A stretch of 64,000 bases of DNA, from the NCBI RefSeq assembly GCF_963921235.1, contig NC_086108.1:34040001-34104000 (forward strand), written 5' to 3'. Positions 50,328 to 61,674 of this stretch are shown piece after piece. Position 1 is the stretch's first letter. Each line of letters opens with the position of its first letter. The notes under the pieces are model-generated. The model saw nothing but the letters and a program-made list of their open reading frames with translations, did not search any database and was not told the DNA's origin. Source of the stretch: Mobula hypostoma (lineage: Eukaryota). The position numbers and the translations under genes are program-made.

Positions 50328-51835
50328 TAAATTTGATCTCCTGGGTCTAGAAAACAACCACTATGTGGTGCACAAAATAAAAATTTATAAAGCCAAATGA
50401 GTTCTGGACTTTGACAGTATTTCAAAGGCCTTTGTGCAAATGGTGGGACTAGCACACGGCAATCTAAAACTGGACACTGGTCACATACCTTGCAAAGCAC
50501 TCGGACTGTTCAAATTCGCATTTAACAAATTAGGATTTAAGTACTGAGGAATTCATTTAACAGGAGCCTCTGGGGTCCCTCCGCTCATCAAGGGGCAGGC
50601 CCTCTCCTCCACTGTGGTGAGCCCTGTGTTTTTAAGTACCCTAACCACCCTTACACAACCACACACAAACACCCCTACATGCCTATAGGCTGGATGGCTT
50701 TCTTCACAAGCTTGCCAGTTTCTACCTCAGTGGAGAAAATGAAGCAAATGTCTTTTTGTTTTACAGAAATGCACTGGTTCAACTTATGTACAGGGGATGT
50801 ATGAGTGGTTATGAGAGGCAAGGAATGCGCATGTGTATAAAAGAGATGCTGCCAAAAAGATGATATGATTTTTTTTGATGTTTTTCCATTGCTTGTGTAG
50901 TACTTTATTCATCCACACTTCAGTGCGTTTTTCAGACACTCTTGGTCCTGCCCAATGCTTGCTCCAGCTTGTCTAGCTAGAAGCAACAGATGCCTGGTGC
51001 TTCTAGCTAGTTGCCATGGGGAGTGTGCATTTAAGGGTCTATTAGCCTCCTCTAATTACTGTTCTGTGTTGGTAGCAGTGATAAATTGAGTGCATTCCTA
51101 CTCAAATTTACACTGTGGAATCATTGCTAACACAGTCACAATGAAACGATAAAATGCTGAAGATACTCAGGAGATCAGATGGCATACATGGGGAGAGAAG
51201 CAGAGTTCACATTGCACCTCAAAGACCATTCCAACTTTGCTGCCCTCTTGCTAGTCTTGTGAACTCTTGGATGGGCATCCAATTTGCATTTGCACGAACT
51301 GCAGTAACATTTGAGCTCAACAAAGGCATTTCCTTGTGAAGTGACTTTAACCCAGAATGAAGATTAAAATGCTGGAGATTCAGGGCAGAAAGCAAGCGAA
51401 TTGTTTATGCATAAAGTTAGTGATTAAATCAGAAGTTGTGTCAATATTTAAAGACAGATTAAGGTGGCTGTAAGAAACAAAATTAAGAGGATATGGCAAG
51501 ATGGTATATTTGCGAAACTGGAACAACTGCTTGTCTGTAATGCAGACAGCGTTGGAGACAGGCTGAGCCAAACAAAAATATTTTAAGATGATAGTTTATT
51601 ATAAGCAGTCAACAGAATCATCAGAGAAACTGTGTATTTAAATTTTGGCAAGCTTGCTCTGCACTTATTGAGATTTAGTTACATACAAATGTTGTTGCTT
51701 TCCCAGTGCATTTATCATGTTCTATTCTGCTAATGGCATTTCTTTGCTACTTTAAGCAGGACAATTTGAAATTGTGAGCCATAATCTGTGTTTTCACCCA
51801 ATTCCCAGCAAAGCTGGTAACATACATGTAAGATC

Positions 51836-51859
51836 TACAGTACTGTTCAAAAGTCTTAG

Positions 51860-51918
<59 letters not shown>

Positions 51919-52140
51919 AATAAAAAATATATACTTCCCACTCCCTTCCCTCCCCCTTTCTCCAACCATGATTCCCCTCTCTCTGCGCCCTTCCCTTACT
52001 CAATCCACAATAGAGAATCAGGCTTATCATCACACACATCATGAAACTTGTTTTTTTCTTTCATGGCAGCAGTACAGTGCAATACGTAAAATTCCTACAG
52101 TACTGTGCAAAGGTCTTAGGCAACCTCTCTCTCTCTCTCG

Positions 52141-52171
<31 letters not shown>

Positions 52172-52202
52172 ATCATGCCTAAGACTTTTGCGAAGTACTG
52201 TA
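51836..52202. mobile_element. Composite Tc1-type MITE containing (TG)n, (CT)n and (TA)n microsatellites
   Basis: TA-CAGTACTGTTCAAAAGTCTTAGG ... GCCTAAGACTTTTGCGAAGTACTG-TA, with a second left TIR at about 52078. (TG)n at 51865-51910. Confidence 0.85.
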
Positions 52203-52589
52203 TCAACAACTTTTCAGTAGAACACGCAGTTTTGTTGTCCCATGCAATTTCACAAAATGATCAATAAATGGACTTTGAGATTGTTGCTGCTAACTCTTTA
52301 ATACCTCTCAAATTGAGCCAGCAACTCCAGACCTAACTTTAACATCTCAGCCGCAGTAGGTATTTCTGGTAATGCAGAACCCCTGTACTATTATCCTTGA
52401 ATTCCAGACTAGAGTTTGTATTAGCTAGTAAATGTTGGACTTGAATCCAAAACCCTATAACTCCTAGGCAATGAGCTGCTAATTGAGCCTCCTCTATGAC
52501 GCGGCTATTAACTTAGATGGTGCCGGAAAATTACAAGCAGCCACAACTAGCCCATGTCGAAGAAGCCTGTGAAACATCAGTGGGGACAT

Positions 52590-52930
52590 AAGAAACTGCA
52601 GATGCTGAAATTTGGAGCAACAGACAATCTGTTAGGGGAACTCAGCGAATTGGGTTGTATCTGTGGGAGGAAAGAACTTGTGAGTGTTTCAGGTCAAAGC
52701 CCTGTGTAGGACTGAGAGTGGAGAGGCAAGGTAGTCACCATAGAGAGAAAGAGTGCGCCGAAAAGGAATTTCCTAGGTGAATGGTGTAAGGTGACAGGCA
52801 GGTAGTGCCTCTGTCTATCAATCACCTGCCACAGTCTTCCAACTCTGCCTCCGCTCACCTCCTCTACCTGACTCTGCCTGTCTGTCATCCTCTTTTCCTG
52901 TTTGTTGCTGTGAAATATCAATCTGCTATA
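52590..52930. mobile_element. Degenerate Penelope-like fragments
   Basis: AAACTGCAGATGCTGAAATTTGGAGCAAC...GAACTCAGC...GTTTCAGGTCAAAGCCCTG, and an opposite-strand CTATCAATCACCTGCCA block. Confidence 0.55.
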
Positions 52931-53839
52931 CTGGAGTCTGAAATTTGATGACTGAAGAAGATTTGATGGGTTTCTTTTGCACGCGTGTGTTTCAAGTGAG
53001 TTCGTTCTTTCCAGTATTCCTGTGGGCAATGCCTCTGTTCTGCTATCAGGAGTCCCCTGGCACTATTTAACATGAAGTGCAGCTTCTTTTGAGCCTAGGA
53101 GGAAAGTTGCTGCACTGGTTAAGCCAGGAGAGGGGAAGGAAGGGATTGCATTTTCGTCTTTCTGGTTCTGAAGCTGTGGGGTTATCCATTTTACATCCAG
53201 ATGGGAGGAGGATCAACAACATATCATGGAAACTTTCGTGGGGAATTATAACATTCAATATACATCTGTCACAAGGAATTTCCCCATATGATGGGAAATA
53301 ATCTAGAGATGTTCGAACTATGAAACATTTTAATATAATTCATACAAATATCTGATCTAAAGCTTTTTTAATACCAAATCAAAATGAAGCACAGACTACC
53401 AAAATGGAACAAGGAACTTCACTTTAATAAAGAGAGGCATTAAAAAAAAAGTACATTTAATACACAAATCTTGCAGAATTAGTGTTCAATAGAAATATAT
53501 AAGTTCCTTTCAGGATCTGGATAAGAATAAATTGTTGGAACTCTGGTACAACATATTTTCCCTTTTCTACTTTGAAATATTATTCTCACTTCACATAAAG
53601 TTTCAGCCTGCCTGTTATTGGTTAGATATTGATACTTAATCATTGAAGGAGAATTGTCACATTCCTCGTATAGCCAAACTGATGTGGTATGGAATCAATT
53701 GGTTATTTTTGGTATACACAGAAGCAGAATTATTATTGGTTAATATTATCTATCATGAAGAACACTTGTCTGTATTTGCTGCTGTAGAATGAGAGTATGT
53801 TCATTGTGTTCAGGAGACAGAACAATGATATCTCAGTAT

Positions 53840-54700
53840 ATATATATCAATATTACAATGGAGAAAGTGTTGGTGTTCTTGAACTGTATCAAAGTGGATA
53901 AATCCCTAGGGCCTGACAAGGTGTATCCAGTGAGGTTATGAGAGATAAGAGGAGATTGCTGGTGTTTTCACTGAGATTCTTGTATCTTCATTAGCCTCAG
54001 GTGAGCTACTGGAAGACTGGAGGACCAATAATGCTGTGCCTTTATTTAAGAAGGGTAGCAGGGATAAGTCAGAGACATCAGGCTGGTGAGCTGGAACATG
54101 GATTGATGAAGCTATATGGCATGCTTGCCTTCTTGGCGATGAAGAGTTGGAGTGTCTTGTTACATCCATACGATATGTTGGTTTGGAATGTTGTGTGAAG
54201 TTCTGGTCACCACACAGTAGGAAAGGTGTGATTAAGCTAGTGAAGGAGCAGAAAAGACTCATAAGGATGTTTCTTGAATTGAAGTGCTTGTGTTACAAGG
54301 AGATGATGGATAAGCTAAGTCCTTTTTCCCTAGAGTGAAGGAGGTTGAGGTGTGACATAATATACGTATATAGAATTGAGTCATGGGTGGGGCAAATAAC
54401 CATGGTGGTGGCAAATAATGCTGTGGGGGATCAACTTTATGGTACAAATGAGGAAGCTTAAAAGGGATCTGTGGGTTTAATGTTTCACAAAGTGTTATTG
54501 GTAGTTGAATCAAGTGGACAGAGTGGAGGCAGGAAGAGTAACACCATTTGACAGACATCTTGAGAGGTATTTGAATAAACAAACCATAGATAGACATGGA
54601 ATTAACACAGCCAAGTGTGGTAGTACCAATAGGCATGATGGTCAGTTGAGACACGATACCCTGAAGGTCTTGTTTCTAGGTTTTACAACTGTGTGACTAA
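53840..54700 (+). mobile_element. Degenerate CR1 LINE with internal deletion
   Basis: IKVDKSLGPDKVYP, EDWR..NAVPLFKKGSRDK and LECCVKFWSPHSRK remnants, plus a 3' end. Confidence 0.75.
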
Positions 54701-55739
54701 TGCAATGAGATAAATTATCTTTTGTTGTAGTACTATCCATTTGGAGTTCAATGATTCTTATTTCATATGTAAAAGAAGGAAGTGTATCTCCGCTATTCTT
54801 CACTTAAGCCTCAGAGGAAAGAGCATTGTCAACATGATAATTGTAAATCGGAGATTTAATAGAGATGAAATGAATGGTCACATTTCAATCTGTTGCTTTA
54901 TAAAATGTGAATAAACAAGCAGAGCTTTTAATCCTTTCATTAAACATGTAAAAACTCTGCAGGATTAGATGGCCTCTGCATTTAGTTAATATGTGCACAG
55001 GTTATGCTTGGTCCCATATGTGTCTGTCAATTCTAAGAGATTAGGGCATACACCAATATTAAACCTATTAAGGGGAATGCAGTGATATTGGATTGATGCA
55101 GAAGAGTAACGGTTGGGTAAAAGATCAGCCATGGAGGGAGCAGGTGTGAGAGGCTGAATTGCAGTTGTTTGCTTCTGCTCTTATGCTTTTCCCTTTCACC
55201 TGAATTTGCAATGCAAAGCCGAGCTGGAAATTTTCATTCACTGCCTCAAACTATGTATGTTTTTCTTTGAGTCACCAAAAGCAAACAGACATTAGAGAGT
55301 GAAGTAAAAGCAGGGAATGCAGCAAAACATCCAATAGGCTCACTGGTTATTAATCACAGATCTATATGGCACAAAAACAGGCCCTTCAGCCCGACTCGTC
55401 CATGGTGACCATCTTAGCCCAAGTCAACCATTCCAGTTAGCCAACCCCTTCTATCTATTACTCAGCCACTGCACTGCACATAAACACTTACAACCATTTT
55501 TTATAATTCTGTTTACATTGTGCATGCATTTTATTCCATATCCATAATTCTAACTTTATTTTTTATTATTCTTTATTCTCTGCAATTGTAGAATGTTGTT
55601 ATTGTCATTTTTGGTTCATGGCATTTCCAATGCAGCACAGCAAATTCCCTAATACATGTAAATGTATGTGATGAATAAAGCTGATCCTTGTGAATTTGAG
55701 CCAATCTATTCCTCTGAGCTTAGCCATATCCCTCTAAAC

Positions 55740-55819
55740 CAGGAGTTTCCAACCTGCGGTGAACGGACCCCTTGCTTACTGGCATTGGTACCTGGTATAA
55801 AAAAGGTTGGGAACCCCTG
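55740..55819. mobile_element. 80-bp hAT MITE
   Basis: CAGGAGTTTCCAACCT / AGGTTGGGAACCCCTG termini. 8-bp near-TSD CTCTAAAC (55732-55739) / CTCTAGAC (55820-55827). Confidence 0.8.
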
Positions 55820-56659
55820 CTCTAGACCTGTTCTACCTATGTACTTGTCCAAATGTGTTTTAAACAATGTCTATTATGGGGATAGAAACCAGGTTAGTGT
55901 CAGGTATGGATGACCATTCAGATCAAAGATAATTGACCTGAGTTGTTTGCTCTGTTTCTTTCTCACTTAATATTTTGAATCATAAATTTATTTGCAAGCT
56001 TGACATTGTGGGTATCATACGGATGTTTCCTTGGCTGAAACCAAAGCTTTGTGTCGTAGTAGACAAACAATTTATCTGCCCTTAAATTCCTCCCAACTTG
56101 TAGCATTAAATGGGTTAAAATTAGCATCTTGAAACTCTTTAATTTTACAAAAGAAGCCAGAATCTTCTTCTTTTGTAAAGGTATTCATTGCATTTTATTT
56201 TGGCACCTCGCCTTCTATCACAGTGTCCACATTCTTTATCAGTTACAGACTCCCTAACATGGGAGATGCTGGCCAGCTTCATCTGATTAGCTGATGTTCC
56301 ATTATCCCATTTTATATCCAGATTCATATATTGTTTTCAAGGCAAAAATGTGGTTTTGGTATTTTGACAGCATTCTCTGATTCCTTGGTTGTACTCTGAG
56401 TTCCAGCCTTTGACTTACATCATGCTGATTTCCTTGATAGAACCTGGAACTAAGATCTTAGAAACAAGTTCTTTGGCCAACAATTTTGTATTTTTGTTTC
56501 TGTGCCATACTTGCCTACTGCTGTTCTACTTTGCAATAGATGACCTGCTTTTTCTCCGAACAAATTGTACCTCTGTGTTCTTAGCTCGATGACGTTCATT
56601 TGCCATTTCCATATATAGTTCACAAGTTTATTGGAGTCTTCATGTATTTGATGCGCAAT

Positions 56660-57520
56660 ATCATAAAAATATAGGAACAAGAGTAGGCCACCTGGTCCAT
56701 CAAATTTGCCAAAGAAGTGGTGGCTGATCACCCCAGGCCTCTATTCCCTTTTGGCAAGAGTTCTCTATTGATGTCAATTACATCTCTAGCTCCCCTTTAA
56801 ATATCTACAGTGATCTAGATTGTATAACCAAATGGGATAGGGAATTCCACAGCCCTCTGCAAGATGAACTACCTTCAAACACCAGTTTTTCTTTACCTTT
56901 AGAAGACCAAAGGGCTATATGATCCAGGAATAGAGTTGGGCCATTTGGCCCATTGAGTCTGCTCTGCCATTCAATCATGGTTAATTGTTTTTTCAAATCC
57001 ATTCTCATGCCTTCTCCTTATAACTCTTAACCTCTTTACTACTCAAGAACTTATCAATCTCTGCCTCGCTGGTAAGGAATTCCAGATTCATCATCCAACG
57101 GCTGAAGAATTCCTTCCTCATCTCGATTTTAAAAAGACATTCCTTTTATTCTGAGGCTGTGCCCTTAGATAGCATACTCTCCACGTCCACCGTCTCCAGG
57201 ATTTTCAGTATTCAGTAGCTTTCAATGAGATCCCACATCATCCTTCTGAATTCTATTTTCTATGTTCCCTTGTTTGACACTCTCCTGCACATGAAAGTAT
57301 CTTAAGGTTTCAAAATGATTACCCCTTATTTTTCAAAACACTAAAGCACACAGATCCAACTTCCTCAGTGGCTCATGACAGGATTACCTTCTCATCCCAA
57401 GAATTATCCTGAGGACTTCATCTGGACTGTGTCCTAAGCTAGTATATCCTTTTCTCAATAAGGGGACCAAATCTGTACAGTTAACCAAGGATGGCTTCAC
57501 CAACTGTAACAATGTAACTT
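56660..57520 (-). mobile_element. Nested CR1 3'-end fragments
   Basis: Two minus-strand CR1 tails (reverse complements starting near 56665 and 56900) with GAATTCC and AATGAGATCCC motifs. Confidence 0.7.
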
Positions 57521-57539
57521 CGCTATTTTGTATCAAACT

Positions 57540-57690
57540 AATCGTATATGGTGTGTTGTCTGTTATTTGGCGGGGTGGGGTACATCACACAGCATCCACA
57601 CAAACTTAGTTACCCAGTTTGGCGGGGCCAAAAGCTGCTCCCTCTAGACGAAAGCGAGTTGAGCGAGCCTGAGGCTTACCAAGTGGGCTA
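57540..57690. repeat. Short GC-rich interspersed repeat, possibly a DIRS/Ngaro-type terminal fragment
   Basis: TTTGGCGGGG occurs twice, and the CpG-rich GCGAGTTGAGCGAGCCTGAGGCTTACC sits in AT-rich surroundings. The family assignment is from memory and unverified. Confidence 0.3.
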
Positions 57691-59751
57691 CATTTGGTCA
57701 GCCACATTTTGAAATTGGACTTCCAGCTTTTTCTGAGCAATAATGTTTAAACATTTCATTTTTTTATATATCTGTTGCTATGTTTTAAGTCTGTGCATTT
57801 GTAAACAGTGCTTGATAGCAAACAAAAGTAGTTGTTCAAATAGTACTTAAACCACCAATGTTAATGTGTTTATTATTCAAAAAACTGTTTTAAGGAATCT
57901 TAAATCTGAGATAAACATTAAAATAGTTGAAATTTCAACATGCGAGGGGGCAGCTGTCCAAAGCGTTGTTTGTAAACCTCTTGATTGTTAAACATGCAGA
58001 TCTTGAAAGTGAATTAGACTCATCAGTCTCTATTTTTGAGCACTGCAGGAACATGTAGGTCCATAATGGTGCCTCATATGCACTACGTAACACATGCTAG
58101 ATGTTACATTGGTGAGGGTAATAGCAACTGAAGACTAAACACCTGCTGGAATCATATGAGTGGGAAGAGCATCATGGTGGTCCAAAATCGCTGACCAACT
58201 TTTAGGTGCAAGAGAGAACATACTGACTTATGGAGTGACAGTGTGGTACCTTAGTTTAAGCAGGCAGATTACAAAGCACTCCAACAGTCATTCAGACAGC
58301 TCAGCACATCACTGGGACTCAACTGCCAGACCTGGAGACAATCGACAGCTCTCAATACCTATGGTGCACTCATAACATCACTAAAGATCCACAGCCTAAG
58401 GTTCCATGGCAGCTTGGAATTTGAATTAAATTAATAGCCTAGTTTTAAAATGACCATTTATAAGTAATAAGAAATGCAAAACCACAAGTATTCATTAAAA
58501 AAAAATCTACTTAGTTCACTAAAACCCTTCAGAGAAGGGATTCTTGACTAGAATCCAGGGCACTGGTTTGGTTGACTCTGACACGGCCCAGCAAGGAATT
58601 CAGCTAGAACTGGGTAAATCCCCTAATATACCCTGGGCACCATGTCAAAGTTCCCAGCATGGTTTGCATGGCCCTCTACACAACCATTTCTGGACTACTC
58701 TCTATACTAGCAGAGTGTTCCACAGATCTGCCTGCCTTGCTGTGCCCATCGACAATGTGTGAGACTCCTCCATGAAATTCTCAACTAGTCCAGCTACAGG
58801 TGGGATGAACTAGCTTTGGGACTCATCAGCATTGACTCAGTATCTCACGGTGTCTATTAGCATCAGGTAAACACTTGCATGTTCGAACACCTGACAAATT
58901 ACTGTCCATTGGTACGCCATAGCAGTCACTGAGTCTATGTTTAAAGAGAGCTTTCTTTTTAGAGACCAAATGAAAAAGAGAATTTCGTTTGGATTGCATC
59001 TTTTCTTATGTGTCTAGCATGCACATTGTATAATGGGAATGGCGCATCAGCTCTGGCCGCGACTGGAGGCAGAAAGACTTCATTTCTCCCAACGTACAGC
59101 CAGTGTGTAGCTGGAAAGAGCAAATGGGTGAATGCAGAGTATCCTAATGATGTCCAAATTCGATCACATCACAGGCATTTCCTTTGTTTTCTGTGCACCC
59201 CAATGCCACCACTTGAAATAAACTTGTTTTTCCAGTTTTGTTGAAAGGGCGTAGACGTGAAGGATTAACTGCATTCCTCCCTCCCTCTCCACTCTTGTTG
59301 CACTTTGAATGAATGAGAGGTGTGATGTAATGTGGTACATTGAGCAGTTTTCTGCTTCAGGGGTATAAATTGGCTGGAAGGTCATGGCATTGTAGCAGCT
59401 TTTACTGACCTCATTTGCTCTTGAGAAGGAACGTAATATTTTGGGATGGCACAAAGGTTAGCATGGATGTTTTACAAACACGAGAAACTCTGAAGATTTT
59501 GGATGTGTTAGGCTGAAGGGACAGGTCCTTTGTGATGCGATTCTTGTGGAATATTCACTCGATGAACTGAGCAATTTGCAGTCAGAATGTATGATATCTA
59601 TTAGGTAGCATGAAGTGTGATGGATTACATGCTAGATATATGTAATCCATCACACTTTGCTCCTTCTGTCCCCCTTTTTTTGTGACATTTTATTAAATAG
59701 ATATCCATTCAGAAACCAATATATTTTAGATTATGGGGACACTCAGTCTGC

Positions 59752-60250
59752 ATTTATTGTCATTTAGAAATGCATGCATTAAAAAATGATACAACGTTCT
59801 TCCAGTATGATATCACCGAAACACAAGACAGACCAAGACTAAAACTGACAAAAACCACATAATTATAACATATAGTTACAACAGTGCAATGCAATACTGT
59901 AATTTGATAAGAGCAGACCATGGGCATGGTAAAAAAAAAGTCTCAAAATCCGAATAGCCCCAATATCTCACGCAGATGGTAGAAGAGAGAAACTCTCCCT
60001 GCCATGAGCCTCCAGCACCGCAAATCTGCCGATGCAGCATCCTGGAAGCACCTGACCACAGCCGACTCTGAGTGTGTCCGCAGACTTCGAGCCTCCGACC
60101 AGCCCTCCGACACTGAGCATCAAGCACCATCTCTGCCAAGCGCTTCGACCTCGGCCCCGGCCGCCAAGCAACAAGCAAAGCCGGGGATTCGGGGCCTTCC
60201 CCTCCGAAGATTTCGGATCACACAGTAGCGGCAGCAGCAAAACAGGCATG
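59752..60250 (-). mobile_element. Non-autonomous element with LINE-type tail
   Basis: Begins with the reverse complement of an AATAAAT tail (ATTTATTGTCATTTAGAAATGCATGC). CpG-rich head at 60000-60250. Confidence 0.6.
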
Positions 60251-60511
60251 ATATTTAAGATATCATAGAAGCAAAACTTGTACCAGAAGCCATATCAACT
60301 TGTCTCAATAAAAAAATATTTCTCCAGAAAATTTTATTGAGTGGAGGATAGTACCTTGGAAATCACACACAAAATATCTGTTGTTTGCTTCTATTTGATT
60401 GCCAGGAGAATTACCCAATTGTCTCCACAATGGCTGGGAAGAGTATTGCAAGTGCATAAATTTTATCGAATGAACTGCAGCGATGCTAACTTTTCTGTAT
60501 TATCTTCCTAG

Positions 60512-60622
60512 GGCCAAAGGAATAAAAACAAAGTTAGGAATCCTGCTGCAGAAGCCGGAAATCATCAGTGACTACATCATCCCATATTCTGATAAAGCGG
60601 AGAAGCCAGCTAAGCCTCTGAG
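60512..60622 (+). CDS. RGS5: Regulator of G-protein signalling 5, coding exon 2 ([36 protein letters not shown])
   Basis: 111-nt phase 2-2 exon with acceptor TTCCTAG| and donor AG|GTAATG. Matches human RGS5 [34 protein letters not shown], which favours RGS5 over RGS4 or RGS16. Confidence 0.93.
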
Positions 60623-61674
60623 GTAATGAATATTTGTTCTATTTGAATGAAGGAATTGGACAGTAAAGGAAGGGAGTGGGATGGAGTTCGGTTGTTAGAA
60701 GTAGGGAAGTAAGGCAACGAGGCACATAATGACCAAGAAGGCACAAAGATACAGTACGTTAGAGGCTTTCCTTCTTCCAGCGGTCCTCCTAAATACTCAC
60801 CATCTCCTAACCTCAGCACCAACATCTGCCATACATAACACATATGAGGTAAAAATAATTTTGGTCATCCTAAATTTTTTTTACCATTTTAATGGAAATC
60901 ATCAAAAATATTACTGTTTACTTCTGGTGGGGTGAGTAAATTGGAAGGAACGCACCTTTGAGGGTAAGTGGAAAGGGCTTCTCATTTCATCATTTTTGGT
61001 CTCACAATTAGATCTGGATTTTGAGTGCAAACAGGGCAGTATTATGGCAGAAGTGATCCCTTCTGTAGTTCTGGCAAAATATCATGGCATGATTACAGCA
61101 GGCAAGGTGACAATTCAGTCCATTGTGTCCTTGCTGATTCTTTACCAGAGCAGCCCTGAGTATTTCCATGTTCGGGCCCCTTCTCTGGTGCTATACGAGT
61201 TTTCCCTCACTAAATATTTACCCATTTCCCTCCTGAGGGTGACAGTAGATTTCATGTTATAAACGTTGAAAAAGAAAGTTACTTAATTCAATTTGAGTCA
61301 GCCATGTTCCTCCCTCACTGTCTTCTACGCACTGGCCCTTTCACAATGACATGAAATAAAATTGTGCCACATGGAAAAGATTGACCCAAACTCACAAACC
61401 ACCATGGGTGTTCAAGCTCCATGTTGCCGTTGGGATTTAACATAAACAATTCAACTAGCTGATAAATGTTACAGTACAAGGAATATACCACTGTTCATAG
61501 GTAGGATGATGGATTTCACATTTGAAAGGATGGGTTCATTTGGATGGTAAGATCGGAATCTGGTTACAGACAGGAAGTGATCAATTGTCCGTTTACCTCT
61601 TCATCACAGATGAACTATGCTGAAAACTTCCATAAATTGGAAGAATTGGCTTGGGCACCTCTGGATGCGTTAAG

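Larger units (their letters stand above)
33045..60511 (+). other. RGS5: RGS5 intron 1 (27,467 bp)
   Basis: GT...AG boundaries. Branch-like TGCTAAC at 60484-60490 and a pyrimidine tract before TAG (60509-60511). Phases are compatible (AG|G = Arg). Confidence 0.88.

Noticed and set aside
55064..55073. CArG box CCTATTAAGG in RGS5 intron 1
   Set aside because: Several such 10-mers are expected by chance in 64 kb of AT-rich DNA, and no clustering or conservation evidence is available.
33001..60622. Assignment to RGS4 or RGS16 rather than RGS5
   Set aside because: Exon 1 alone is ambiguous, but exon 2 (KLGILLQKP...IPY..K.EKPAK) matches RGS5 and not RGS4 (HRLGFLLQKS) or RGS16 (TRLGIFLHKS).
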